Shown here: in pieces, positions 43,041 through 55,871 of the stretch
Layout of the letters: the number at the start of each line of letters is the position of its first letter
How positions within the stretch are numbered: position 1 is the first letter of the stretch
From: Centroscyllium fabricii
Lineage: Eukaryota
Direction: 5' to 3'
DNA: 56,549 bases
Assembly (NCBI GenBank): GCA_051313645.2
Contig: JBNRSN020001150.1
Span: forward strand, 1 to 56,549
Notes under the pieces: model-generated
The model's database searches: none
The model's input: only the letters and a program-made list of their open reading frames with translations
What the model was told of the DNA's origin: nothing
Translations under genes and position numbers: made by a program

Positions 43041-43208
43041 ATGCCTCAATTAAATCCTCACCCTTGATTTTTAATCTTAGTTTTTTCATGAATCTTTTTT
43101 CTAGCAATTTTACCAAAAAAAGTAATAACACATTTATTTAATAATGACCCTACTACAAAAAATGCTGAAAAACCTAAACCTGAGCCCTGAAATTGACCAT
43201 GAACCTAA
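43041..43208 (+). CDS. ATP8: ATP synthase F0 subunit 8
   Basis: Intact copy. Confidence 0.94.
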
Positions 43209-43882
43209 GTTTTTTTGACCAATTCCTAAGCCCCTCCCTCCTCGGAATCCCACTAATTGCTTTAGCAATTATAATTCCATGATTAATTTTTCCTACACCA
43301 ACCAATCGTTGATTAAATAACCGACTTATAACCCTTCAATCTTGATTTATTAACCGATTTACATACCAACTTATACAACCTATAAACTTTGGGGGCCATA
43401 AATGAGCTACTATCCTAACAGCTTTAATATTATTCTTAATTACTATTAATCTCCTTGGATTACTCCCATATACATTTACACCAACAACCCAATTATCACT
43501 TAATATAGCATTTGCCATCCCACTTTGATTAACAACTGTTTTTATTGGTATTCTCAACCAACCCACTATTGCCCTTGGACACCTTTTACCAGAGGGCACC
43601 CCAACATTACTAACCCCAATCTTAATTATTATTGAAACTATTAGCCTATTTATTCGACCTCTAGCACTAGGAGTCCGACTAACTGCTAATTTAACAGCTG
43701 GTCATCTTCTAATACAATTAATTGCTACCGCAGCCTTTGTATTAATTTCTATTATACCAACAGTAGCCTTACTTACCTCCCTAGTCCTATTTTTACTAAC
43801 TATTTTAGAAGTAGCTGTGGCAATAATTCAAGCATATGTTTTTGTCCTTTTATTAAGCTTATATTTACAAGAAAACGTCTAA
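43199..43882 (+). CDS. ATP6: ATP synthase F0 subunit 6
   Basis: Intact copy. Confidence 0.95.
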
Positions 43883-44667
43883 TGGCTCACCAAGCACATG
43901 CATATCATATAGTTGACCCCAGCCCATGACCACTAACAGGAGCTGTTGCTGCTTTACTAATAACATCAGGCCTAGCCGTCTGATTCCACTTCCACTCATT
44001 GTATCTCCTTTATTTAGGACTGATTCTCTTATTCTTAACCATAATTCAATGATGACGAGACATTATTCGAGAAGGCACATTTCAGGGCCACCACACCCCA
44101 CCAGTACAAAAAGGGCTTCGTTACGGAATAATTCTATTTATTACATCAGAAGTTTTCTTTTTCCTTGGATTTTTCTGAGCCTTTTACCACTCAAGCCTCG
44201 CCCCAACACCAGAACTAGGCGGATGTTGACCACCAACAGGAATTTACCCACTAGACCCGTTTGAAGTTCCACTATTAAATACTGCAGTCCTACTAGCATC
44301 CGGAATTACTGTAACCTGGGCTCACCATAGCCTTATAGAAGGTAACCGAAAAGAAGCAATTCAAGCCCTAACTTTAACCGTACTACTAGGCTTTTATTTT
44401 ACAGCCCTTCAAGCCATAGAATATTATGAAGCCCCATTTACCATTGCCGACGGGGTTTATGGGTCAACATTTTTCGTTGCTACAGGCTTCCACGGCCTTC
44501 ATGTTATTATTGGTTCAACATTTCTAATAGTTTGTCTATTACGACAAATTCAATATCATTTTACATCAGAACATCATTTTGGCTTCGAAGCCGCTGCATG
44601 ATACTGACACTTTGTAGATGTAGTATGATTATTCCTTTATGTTTCCATCTATTGATGAGGCTCATAA
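43882..44667 (+). CDS. COX3: Cytochrome c oxidase subunit III
   Basis: Intact copy. Confidence 0.95.
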
Positions 44668-44669
44668 TT

Positions 44670-44739
44670 ACTTTTCTAGTATAAATTAGTACAAGTGATT
44701 TCCAATTATTTAATCTTGGTTAAAGTCCAAGGGAAAGTA
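44670..44739 (+). tRNA. trnG: tRNA-Gly
   Basis: Copy, offset 33519. Confidence 0.87.
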
Positions 44740-45090
44740 ATGAACCTCATCATATCGTGTGCCGCAACGACAGCCCTCATTTCCCTAATCCTTGCTTTAG
44801 TAACATTTTGACTGCCTTCATTAAACCCAGATAATGAAAAATTATCCCCCTACGAATGCGGATTTGACCCCCTAGGTAGTGCACGTCTCCCCTTTTCTCT
44901 ACGCTTTTTCCTTGTAGCAATTTTATTTCTCCTATTTGACTTAGAAATTGCCCTTCTCCTTCCCCTTCCTTGAGGGGATCAACTACTAACACCACTTAAC
45001 TCACTACTATGAGCAACAAGTATTATTATTTTATTAACCTTAGGCCTCATTTATGAATGACTTCAAGGTGGTCTTGAATGAGCAGAATAA
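44740..45090 (+). CDS. ND3: NADH dehydrogenase subunit 3
   Basis: Intact copy. Confidence 0.95.
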
Positions 45091-45092
45091 TA

Positions 45093-45163
45093 AGGTATTT
45101 AGTCCAAAAATAAGACCACTAATTTCGACTTAGTAAATTATGGTGAAAACCCATAAATACCTT
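45093..45163 (+). tRNA. trnR: tRNA-Arg
   Basis: Copy, offset 33519. Confidence 0.87.
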
Positions 45164-45460
45164 ATGTCCCCTGTCTACTTTACTTTTAGCTCAGCTTTCA
45201 TTTTAGGCTTAATAGGCCTTGCATTTAACCGATCACATCTTTTATCAGCCCTACTATGTCTAGAAGGAATAATATTATCATTATTTATTGCCCTAGCCCT
45301 ATGATCAATAACACTAAATTCAACTTCATACTCAATTACCCCTATAATTCTTTTAACCTTTTCTGCCTGCGAGGCAAGTACAGGCCTTGCCCTCCTAGTT
45401 GCAGCCACACGAACCCATGGCTCCGACCACCTCCAAAACTTAAATTTACTACAATGTTAA
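45164..45460 (+). CDS. ND4L: NADH dehydrogenase subunit 4L
   Basis: Intact copy. Confidence 0.94.
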
Positions 45461-46834
45461 AAATTATTCTCCCCACAATTATATTATTTTCAATTACATG
45501 ATTTTCACCAAAAAAGTGATTATGATCAACCATAACCTCCCACAGTCTTCTAATCGCATTATTTAGTTTAGTATGATTTAAATGAAATACAGACATTGGG
45601 TGAGATTTTTCCAATAATCTACTAGGTGTAGACCCCCTTTCCGCCCCACTACTTGTACTTACTTGCTGACTCTTACCCTTAATAATTCTAGCTAGCCAAA
45701 GTCATATTTCCACAGAGCCTATTATTCGTCAACGAATCTATATTACACTTTTAATTTTACTCCAAACTTTTCTCATTATAGCATTTAGTGCAACAGAACT
45801 AATCTTATTTTATATTATATTCGAAGCCACACTAATCCCAACACTTATTATTATTACACGATGAGGTAATCAAACTGAACGCTTAAACGCAGGAATTTAT
45901 TTTCTATTTTATACTTTAATTGGGTCCCTCCCCCTACTTATTGCCCTTTTAATTATACAAAATGACTTAGGCTCCTTGTCCCTAATTATTAACCAATACT
46001 CCCAACCACTTAATTTATCTACCTGAGCAAGTAAATTTTGATGAACAGCCTGCCTTATTGCTTTCCTAGTAAAAATACCCCTTTATGGAGTACACCTTTG
46101 ACTTCCTAAAGCCCACGTTGAAGCCCCCATTGCAGGCTCAATAATTTTAGCTGCAATTTTACTTAAATTAGGTGGTTATGGGTTAATACGAATTGTTGTT
46201 ATACTCAACCCCCTAACTAAAGAAATATCATATCCATTTTTAATTTTAGCCATTTGAGGAGTTATTATAACCAGCTCAATCTGCCTTCGACAAACCGACC
46301 TAAAATCCCTAATCGCCTACTCATCAGTAAGTCATATAGGATTAGTGGCTGCGGCAATTATAATTCAAACACCATGAAGCTTTGCAGGAGCAATCACACT
46401 AATAATTGCACACGGATTGATTTCATCAACCCTATTTTGTTTAGCAAACACTAATTATGAACGCACCCACAGCCGAACACTACTTTTAACCCGCGGAATT
46501 CAAATTATTCTTCCACTAATAGCAACTTGATGATTTATTACTAATATTGCTAACCTCGCCCTACCCCCTACTCCTAATTTAATAGGAGAACTTCTCATCA
46601 TTTCCTCATTATTTAGCTGATCTAACTGAACTATTTTATTAACAGGACTTGGAGTCTTAATTACAGCCTCATACTCCCTTTACATATTCTTAATAACCCA
46701 ACGAGGACTTCCATCACAACATTTATTATCCTTAAACCCCTCATATACACGAGAACACCTCCTCCTCAATCTCCATCTTCTTCCTATAATTTTATTAATT
46801 CTTAAACCAGAACTAATTTGAGGCTGAACCTTTT
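45454..46834 (+). CDS. ND4: NADH dehydrogenase subunit 4
   Basis: Intact copy; about 13 differences from A seen. Confidence 0.95.
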
Positions 46835-46903
46835 GTCATTATAGTTTAACAAAAACATTAGATTGTGGTTCTAAAAATAAAAGTTAAAATCTTTTTAATA
46901 ACC
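46835..46903 (+). tRNA. trnH: tRNA-His
   Basis: Copy, offset 33519. Confidence 0.87.
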
Positions 46904-46970
46904 AAGAGAGGTCTGGAACATAAAGAACTGCTAATTCTTCTTATCATGGTTCAATTCCATGGCTCACTTG
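46904..46970 (+). tRNA. trnS1: tRNA-Ser(AGY)
   Basis: Copy, offset 33519. Confidence 0.86.
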
Positions 46971-47042
46971 GCCCTTGAAAGATAATAGTTATCTATTGGT
47001 CTTAGGAACCGAAAACTCTTGGTGCAACTCCAAGCAAGAGCT
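46971..47042 (+). tRNA. trnL1: tRNA-Leu(CUN)
   Basis: Copy, offset 33519. Confidence 0.87.
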
Positions 47043-48875
47043 ATGAACACAACCATCTTTAATTCAACCTTCCTCCTCATCTTTATTATCCTCTTATACC
47101 CCCTCATTTCGTCATTATCACCTAAAAAAATAAACCCAAACTGATCATCTTCACATGTTAAGACCTCTGTAAAAATCTCCTTCTTTATTAGCCTAATTCC
47201 ATTATTTATATATCTTGATTCTGGATTAGAATCAATCACAACCAATTGAAACTGAGTCAATATTGGGCCGTTTGATATTAATACAAGTTTTAAGTTTGAC
47301 ATATACTCAATCATTTTTACACCAGTTGCCCTATATGTAACCTGATCTATCCTTGAATTTGCCATTTGATATATACACTCAGACCAAAACATCAACCGCT
47401 TCTTTAAATATCTTCTCTTATTTTTAATTTCTATAATTATTCTAGTAACAGCCAACAACATATTTCAACTATTTATTGGGTGAGAAGGAGTTGGAATTAT
47501 ATCTTTCCTACTTATTGGCTGATGATACAGCCGAGCAGACGCAAATACTGCAGCCTTACAGGCCGTAATTTACAATCGTGTTGGTGACATCGGACTTATT
47601 TTAAGTATAGCCTGACTAGCTATAAATCTTAACTCATGAGAAATGCAACAGCTCTTCATTTTATCTCAAGAAAAAGACCTGACCTTGCCCCTCCTCGGGT
47701 TAGTCTTAGCCGCAGCAGGAAAATCCGCACAATTTGGCCTTCACCCATGATTGCCCTCCGCAATAGAGGGGCCCACACCAGTCTCTGCCCTACTCCACTC
47801 TAGCACAATAGTTGTTGCTGGTATCTTCCTTTTAATTCGACTTCATCCCTTAATACAGAATAATCAACTGATTTTAACGACATGCCTATGTTTAGGCGCC
47901 CTTACTACCCTATTTACCGCCGCATGCGCGCTTACCCAAAATGATATTAAAAAAATCGTTGCCTTCTCCACATCTAGTCAACTCGGCTTAATAATAGTAA
48001 CAATTGGACTAAATCAACCTCAATTAACATTTCTTCATATCTGCACACATGCTTTTTTTAAAGCAATACTTTTCCTCTGCTCAGGCTCAATTATCCACAG
48101 CCTAAATGATGAACAAGATATTCGAAAAATAGGGGGATTACATAAACTACTTCCATTTACCTCTTCATCATTAACTGTGGGCAGCCTTGCCCTTACAGGA
48201 ATGCCATTCCTATCAGGATTTTTTTCAAAAGACGCTATTATTGAATCTATAAACACCTCCTATTTAAACGCCTGAGCCCTAACTTTAACCCTTATTGCAA
48301 CTTCCTTCACCGCTATTTATAGCCTCCGCCTTGTTTTCTTTACTTTAATAAAACACCCACGATTTCTACCTTTTTCTCCTATTAACGAAAACAATTCCCT
48401 TATTATTAACCCAATTAAACGCCTTGCCTATGGTAGTGTCTTAGCCGGTTTAATCCTTACATTTAATCTTCCCCCAGCAAAAACCCAAATTATAACTATA
48501 ACCCCCCTGCTAAAATTATCCGCCCTATTAGTAACAATTATTGGGCTCCTTCTAGCATTAGAATTAGCCAACCTAACTAATACTCAATTTAAGGTCTCCC
48601 CTAACTTATTAACCCACAATTTTTCAAATATATTAGGATATTTCCCAACAATTATTCACCGACTACTGCCAAAAACTAACTTAAAATGAGCTCAGCACAT
48701 CTCAACACACATCATTGACCTTACCTGAAGTGAAAAAATTGGACCAAAAAATGTTCTAATTCAACAAGTACCTTTAATTAAATTATCTACAAAACCTCAA
48801 CAAGGTTTAATCAAAACCTATTTAATACTATTCTTTTTAACACTAACCCTAACTACCTTAATTATTCTGTTTTAA
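47043..48875 (+). CDS. ND5: NADH dehydrogenase subunit 5 (haplotype B)
   Basis: Intact 1833 bp. Confidence 0.95.
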
Positions 48876-49393
48876 ATAACACGTAAAGTACCATATGATA
48901 AACCCCGAGTTAATTCTAAAACTACAAATAATGTTAATAATAATACTCATCCACCTAATACCAACATAACTCCCCCATTAGAGTATAGTAAAGCTACACC
49001 TCCAAAATCCCCACGAGCAACTTCTATTCCACTTATTTCCTCTACCCCCGCTCAATCTAATCCCCACCCCTTAACAAAAAAATATTTCCCCACAAAAAAG
49101 AGGCCCAATAAATAAATACTGATGTATAATAGTACTGATCAATCAATTAACGTCTCCGGGTAAGGCTCAGCGGCCAAGGCTGCCGTATAAGCAAATACAA
49201 CTAACATTCCCCCTAAATAAATTAGAAACAAAACCAAGGACAGAAAAGACCCGCCATGTCCAACTAATAAACCACACCCAACCCCAGCAGCCACTACTAA
49301 GCCCAACGCTGCAAAATAAGGAGAAGGGTTTGATGCTACCGCTATTAAACCTAAGACGAAACCTACTAATATTACGAACATAAAATAAATCAT
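48872..49393 (-). CDS. ND6: NADH dehydrogenase subunit 6
   Basis: Intact 522 bp. Confidence 0.95.
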
Positions 49394-49463
49394 TATTCCC
49401 ACTTGGACTTTAACCAAGACCAACAACTTGAAAAACTATCGTTGTTCATTCAACTATAAGAAT
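49394..49463 (-). tRNA. trnE: tRNA-Glu
   Basis: Copy, offset 33519. Confidence 0.87.
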
Positions 49464-49467
49464 AATA

Positions 49468-50613
49468 ATGACCATTAATATCCGAAAAACCCACCCAATT
49501 ATTAAAATTGTTAATCACGCTTTAATTGACTTACCCGCACCATCTAATATCTCCTACTGATGAAACTTTGGATCATTAATAGGACTTTGTCTAATTATCC
49601 AAATTATTACAGGACTTTTTCTAGCCATACACTATACCGCGGACATTTCTACAGCTTTCTCCTCAGTAACCCATATTTGCCGTGATGTTAATTATGGGTG
49701 ATTAATCCGTAATATCCATGCTAACGGCGCCTCCCTCTTCTTTATTTGTATTTACTTACATGTAGCCCGGGGGTTATACTATGGCTCCTACCTTTTTAAA
49801 GAAACATGAAATATTGGAGTTATCTTACTATTTTTGCTAATAGCAACAGCTTTTGTAGGATATGTCCTACCATGGGGACAAATATCCTTCTGAGGAGCTA
49901 CAGTTATCACCAATCTTCTGTCCGCCTTCCCTTATATTGGGAATACACTAGTCCAATGACTCTGAGGGGGCTTCTCCATTGATAACGCCACCCTAACCCG
50001 CTTCTTCGCATTTCACTTCCTCCTCCCATTCCTAATTATCGGCCTAACTATAATTCACTTCCTGTTTCTCCACGAAACAGGCTCAAATAACCCAATAGGC
50101 ATTAATTCTGATATAGACAAAATCTCATTCCACCCCTATTTTTCGTATAAAGATACCCTCGGATTCTTTACCATAATTGTCTTATTAGCAATGTTAGCCC
50201 TATTTTCACCCAATCTCCTGGGGGACGCTGAAAATTTTATTCCCGCCAATCCCCTTGTCACCCCGCCTCATATTAAACCAGAATGGTACTTTTTATTCGC
50301 CTATGCTATTCTACGCTCCATTCCCAACAAGTTGGGGGGAGTCTTAGCCCTCCTATTTTCAATCTTTATCCTAATATTGATTCCAATACTACACACCTCA
50401 AAACAACGGAGTAACACCTTCCGACCCATTACCCAACTTTTTTTCTGAACTCTTATAGCTAATACAATTGTTTTAACATGAATTGGAGGACAACCAGTTG
50501 AACAACCATTTATCTTAGTGGGCCAAATTGCTTCCGTTACATATTTCTCATTGTTTCTTATTATTATTCCATTAACTAGTTTTTTCGAAAACAAAATGCT
50601 CAGCCTAAGTTAA
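49468..50613 (+). CDS. CYTB: Cytochrome b (haplotype B)
   Basis: Intact 1146 bp. Confidence 0.96.
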
Positions 50614-50614
50614 T

Positions 50615-50687
50615 GTTTTGGTAGCTTAAATATAAAAGCGTCGGCCTTGTAAGCCGAAGACCGGGGGTGTAAACCCTCCCCAAAACA
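50615..50687 (+). tRNA. trnT: tRNA-Thr
   Basis: Copy. Confidence 0.88.
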
Positions 50688-50689
50688 CA

Positions 50690-50758
50690 TCAGGGAAAGG
50701 AGGGTTAAACTCCTGCCGTTGGCCCCCAAAGCCAATATTCTGCCTAAACTGCCCCCTG
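50690..50758 (-). tRNA. trnP: tRNA-Pro
   Basis: Copy. Confidence 0.88.
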
Positions 50759-51849
50759 ATTCCTAAAAATGATGCTCCCGATTCTTAAAAAGGATGCCAA
50801 AACATCATTTTTTGGAGTAAGTCAGTTGTACATATATATGATATAGCCCCATTATCCTAATATACCACATACAACATACATGTATAATCACCATACATAG
50901 ATATACCCCATCTATATAACATATCTATGTATAATACTCATTCATCTATAATCCTCACCTTCATTACATACATGATTAACCCACATTTCTCTAATCTTTC
51001 CATAAATTCATTACACAAATATTTCTAACCCACATTAATCTAAAAATCAATAAATCATATCCCATTAATACACTTAATCCCTATTTTTATGAGAATCAAA
51101 TTTCTACTAGGGAAAACTCGAGACCACCAATGATTCCTTATAAAGTATATAGGTAGTACTGTAGACAATAATTCCCCTATAAGTGATTAAATGCCGGCAT
51201 TTGGCTATCTCAAACTACTAACAGTTCAATACGTATCACCCATCCAGACCGCTAGTTCCCTTTAATGCCATTCTACTCTTATCCGTATCAAGATTTCTCG
51301 AGCCTCCCTACCTTTTTTTTTTGGGATGAAAACAATCGCTAGGCCTACGGGCCTTAAAAAAAAGGCTCACAGTTAAATCCGAACACATCTAGACATTAAT
51401 CTAATATATTAAATTATTGAATCCACGAACAGTAGTCATTAAGTTGACCATTCTGTGTCAAGTGTATAGAGCCTATGAATTATGTAAGACACTATTTTAT
51501 TTCGCGCTTAATATAACATAGGTTTAATAAATACACGTTATTAACCCCCATTAATCTTGGTAATACAATTTATTTAATGAGAGTTTACATTCAGTTACTT
51601 AACACATACTTCACTATCGGACATAAACATTAGACTTTTCACTATTTTTTATAAAGTGCCCCTTGGGTAACGAAGAGAAGGACGACTGTTTGTTAATTTT
51701 TTTTTTTGGAAAAACCCCCCTACCCCCCTAATATACAAAATGGCTTTTCTCGAAAAACCCCTAAAACGAGGGCCGAATGCATATTTTAAAATTTTTAAAT
51801 GTGGAAAAAATTCACTATACATTGTTGCAGTTGTGTTGCACAATGTGAC
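50759..51849. promoter_or_regulatory. Control region (copy 4, haplotype B, 10-bp deletion)
   Basis: Copy; tgtacggttt missing at 51152/51153. Confidence 0.92.
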
Positions 51850-51917
51850 GCTAGTGTAGCTTATTGAAAGTATGGCACTGAAAATGCTAAGATGAGATTT
51901 AAAAATTTCCGCGGGCA
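51850..51917 (+). tRNA. trnF: tRNA-Phe
   Basis: Copy. Confidence 0.88.
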
Positions 51918-52872
51918 CAAAAGGTTTGGTCCTAGCCTCAGTATTAATTGCAACTAGAATTATACATGCAAGTTTCAGCACCCCTGTGAGAATGCCCTTA
52001 TCAGCCTGTCAGCTGATAAGGAGCGGGTATCAGGCACACGCACGTAGCCCAAGACGCCTTGTTAAGCCACACCCCCAAGGGACTTCAGCAGTAATAAACA
52101 TTGATTTTATAAGCGCAAGCTTGAATCAGTTATAGTTAGCTGGGTTGGTAAATCTCGTGCCAGCCACCGCGGTTATACGAGTGACCCTAATTAACACTTC
52201 CCCGGCGTAAAGAGTGGTTTAAGAAAAATCTCCAAATAATTAAAGTTAAAACCCCATTAAGCTGTTATACGCTCCCATGGGTGGAATCATCAACAACGAA
52301 AGTAATTTTATATCATCAGACCTCTTGATGCCACGATAGTTGGGCCCCAAACTAGGATTAGATACCCTACTATGCCCAACCACAAACTTAGACAATAATC
52401 TACCATATTGTCCGCCAGAGTACTACAAGCGCTAGCTTAAAACCCAAAGGACTTGGCGGTACTCCAGACCCCCCTAGAGGAGCCTGTTCTATAATCGATA
52501 ATCCCCGTTAAACCTCACCACTTCTTGCCAATACCGCCTATATACCGCCGTCGTCAGCTCACCCTGTGAAGGACTAAAAGTAAGCAAAAAGAACTATCTC
52601 CCATACGTCAGGTCAAGGTGTAGCGAATGAAGTGGAAAGAAATGGGCTACATTCTCTACTAAGAGAACACGAATAGTGGACTGAAAACCCACTTCAAGGT
52701 GGATTTAGTAGTAAGGAAAAATCAGAGAGTTTTCCTGAAATTGGCTCTGGAATGCGCACACACCGCCCGTCACTCTCCTCAACAAAACCTTTATTTTTTA
52801 CATAAAACCTTTATTTTATAAAGAGGAGGCAAGTCGTAACATGGTAAGTGTACTGGAAAGTGCACTTGGAAT
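51918..52872 (+). rRNA. rrnS: 12S rRNA
   Basis: Copy. Confidence 0.95.
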
Positions 52873-52944
52873 CAAAATGTAGCTAAATTAGTAAAGCACC
52901 TCCCTTACACCGAGGAGAAGCCCATGCAACTTGGGCCATTTTGA
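52873..52944 (+). tRNA. trnV: tRNA-Val
   Basis: Copy. Confidence 0.88.
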
Positions 52945-54614
52945 ACATTAAAGCTAGCCTAACCAATTGTATAAACACAACCACATCAATTATATCCACC
53001 CCCCCTACTACCTAATTAAAACATTTTATGCCTTTAGTATCGGTGATAGAACAATAGATCAGCGCAATAGACTATGTACCGCAAGGGAAAGCTGAAAAAG
53101 AAATGAAATAAATAATTAAAGTAATAAAAAGCAGAGACTCAACCTCGTACCTTTTGCATCATGATTTAGCTAGATTAACTAGGCAAAGAGATCTTAAGTC
53201 TATCTTCCCGAAACTAAACGAGCTACCCCGAAGCAGCACATTAGAGCCAACCCGTCTCTGTGGCAAAAGAGTGGGAAGACTTCCGAGTAGCGGTGATAAA
53301 CCTACCGAGTTTAGTGATAGCTGGGTTACCCAAGAAAAGAACTTAAATTCTACATTAATTTTTTCATGTCAACTAAGAATATCTTCTTAAGACTAAAAAT
53401 AAGGATTAATAGCTATTTAGAAGAGGTACAGCCCTTCTAAATTAAGAAACAACTTTTAAAGGAGGGTAATGATCATATTTATTAAAGGTCTCTTTCCCCA
53501 GTGGGCCTAAAAGCAGCCACCTGTAAAGTAAGCGTCATAGCTCCAGCTTTTTACAAAACCTATAATTTAGATACTATCTCACAACCCCCTTACCTGTATT
53601 GGGTTATTTTATTTAATTAAAAGAACTTATGCTAAAATGAGTAATAAGAGGCCAAAACCTCTCCTAACACAAGTGTACATCAGAAAGAATTAAATCACTG
53701 ATAATTAAACGAACCCAAACTGAGGACATAATAATAATTTACTATTAACTAGAAAACCCTATTTAATTATTCGTTAACCCAACACAGGAGTGTACTAAGG
53801 AAAGATTAAAAGAAAATAAAGGAACTCGGCAAACATAAACTCCGCCTGTTTACCAAAAACATCGCCTCTTGCTCAACTTCTATAAGAGGTCCCGCCTGCC
53901 CTGTGACATTGTTTAACGGCCGCGGTATTTTGACCGTGCAAAGGTAGCGTAATCACTTGTCTTTTAAATGAAGACCCGTATGAAAGGCATCACGAGAGTT
54001 TAACTGTCTCTATTTTCTAATCAATGAAATTGATCTTCTCGTGCAGAAGCGAGAATACACCCATTAGACGAGAAGACCCTATGGAGCTTAAACACATAAA
54101 TTAATTATGTAAAATTATAATTCTACGGAAATAAACTAACTATATAATACTCCTAATTTAACTGTTTTTGGTTGGGTGACCAAGGGGAAAAGAAAATCCC
54201 CCTTATCGATCGAGTATTCAATACTTAAAAATTAGAACGACAGTTCTTATTAATAAAATATTTACCGAAAATGACCCAGAATTTTCTGATCATTGAACCA
54301 AGTTACCCTAGGGATAACAGCGCATCCTTTCCAAGAGTCCCTATCGCCGAAAGGGTTTACGACCTCGATGTTGGATCAGGACATCCTAATAGTGCAACCG
54401 TTATTAAGGGTTCGTTTGTTCAACGATTAATAGTCCTACGTGATCTGAGTTCAGACCGGAGAAATCCAGGTCAGTTTCTATCTATGAACTTATTTTTCTA
54501 GTACGAAAGGACCGAAAAAATGGAGCCAATACCAAATGGCACGCTCCTTTTTCATCTACTGAAATAAACTAAATTAGGTAAGAAAAAATTGCCTGCAAAC
54601 CCAAGATAAGGGTT
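52945..54614 (+). rRNA. rrnL: 16S rRNA
   Basis: Copy with several 1-bp deletions. Confidence 0.95.
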
Positions 54615-54689
54615 GTTAGGGTGGCAGAGCCTGGTAAATGCAAAAGACCTAAATCCTTTGACTCAGAGGTTCAAATCCTCTTCCTAATT
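54615..54689 (+). tRNA. trnL2: tRNA-Leu(UUR)
   Basis: Copy. Confidence 0.88.
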
Positions 54690-55660
54690 ATGTTACAACA
54701 TATTTTACTCTACCTCGTAAACCCAATTGCCTACATTATCCCTATTCTCCTGGCCACAGCTTTTCTAACTTTAGTAGAACGAAAAATTCTTGGCTACATA
54801 CAACACCGCAAAGGCCCTAATATTGTAGGACCCTACGGTCTCCTCCAACCAATTGCAGATGGCGTAAAACTATTTATTAAAGAACCCGTACGCCCTTCAA
54901 CATCCTCTCCACTTTTATTTTTAGCTACTCCAATTACAGCACTTACTTTAGCTCTCCTTATATGAATACCCTCCACTACCACATTCAATTATTAACCTTA
55001 ACCTTGGTCTCCTATTTATCCTAGCAGTCTCAAGTATAACTGTTTATACAATCCTAGGCTCAGGGTGAGCATCAAATTCAAAATATGCCCTCATAGGGGC
55101 CCTACGAGCTGTAGCACAAACCATCTCTTACGAAGTCACACTGGGCCTCATCTTATTATCAATAATTATCTTTGCGGGCGGATTTACACTTCATACATTT
55201 AATTTAACACAAGAAGCAATCTGATTGTTAATTCCCGCTGACCTCTAGCCATAATGTGATACATCTCAACATTAGCAGAAACTAATCGAGCCCCCTTCGA
55301 TTTAACTGAGGGAGAGTCAGAATTAGTTTCAGGTTTTAACGTTGAGTATGCAGGTGGTTCATTTGCCTTATTTTCCTAGCCGAATATACAAATATTTTAA
55401 TAATAAATACCCTTTCCGTTATTCTATTCATAGGCTCATCATATAACCCAACAATACCACAAATCTCAACATTTTACTTAATAATAAAAGCAACACTACT
55501 AACCTTTATTTTTTTATGAATTCGAGCATCATACCCCCGCTTCCGTTATGACCAACTTATACACCTCGTGTGAAAAAACTTTTTACCACTTACCCTAGCT
55601 CTCGTCCTATGACACATCGCCCTCCCACTCACCATAGCCAGCCTTCCCCCACTATCCTAA
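54690..55660 (+). pseudogene. ND1: ND1 with homopolymer deletions, net -4 (probably sequencing error)
   Basis: Bases lost near 54970, 55237 and 55372. Confidence 0.8.
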
Positions 55661-55662
55661 GT

Positions 55663-55732
55663 GGAAGTGTGCCTGAATTAAAGGACCACTTTGATAGAGT
55701 GGATTATGAAAGTTAAAACCTCTCCACTTCCT
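55663..55732 (+). tRNA. trnI: tRNA-Ile
   Basis: Copy. Confidence 0.87.
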
Positions 55733-55802
55733 AGAAAGATAGGACTTGAACCTATACCCAAGAGATCAAAACTCTTAGTACTTCCAATTATACCACTTCC
55801 TA
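55731..55802 (-). tRNA. trnQ: tRNA-Gln
   Basis: Copy. Confidence 0.87.
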
Positions 55803-55871
55803 AGTAAAGTCAGCTAATTAAGCTTTTGGGCCCATACCCCAACCATGTTGGTTAAAATCCTTCCTCTACTA
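55803..55871 (+). tRNA. trnM: tRNA-Met
   Basis: Copy. Confidence 0.87.
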
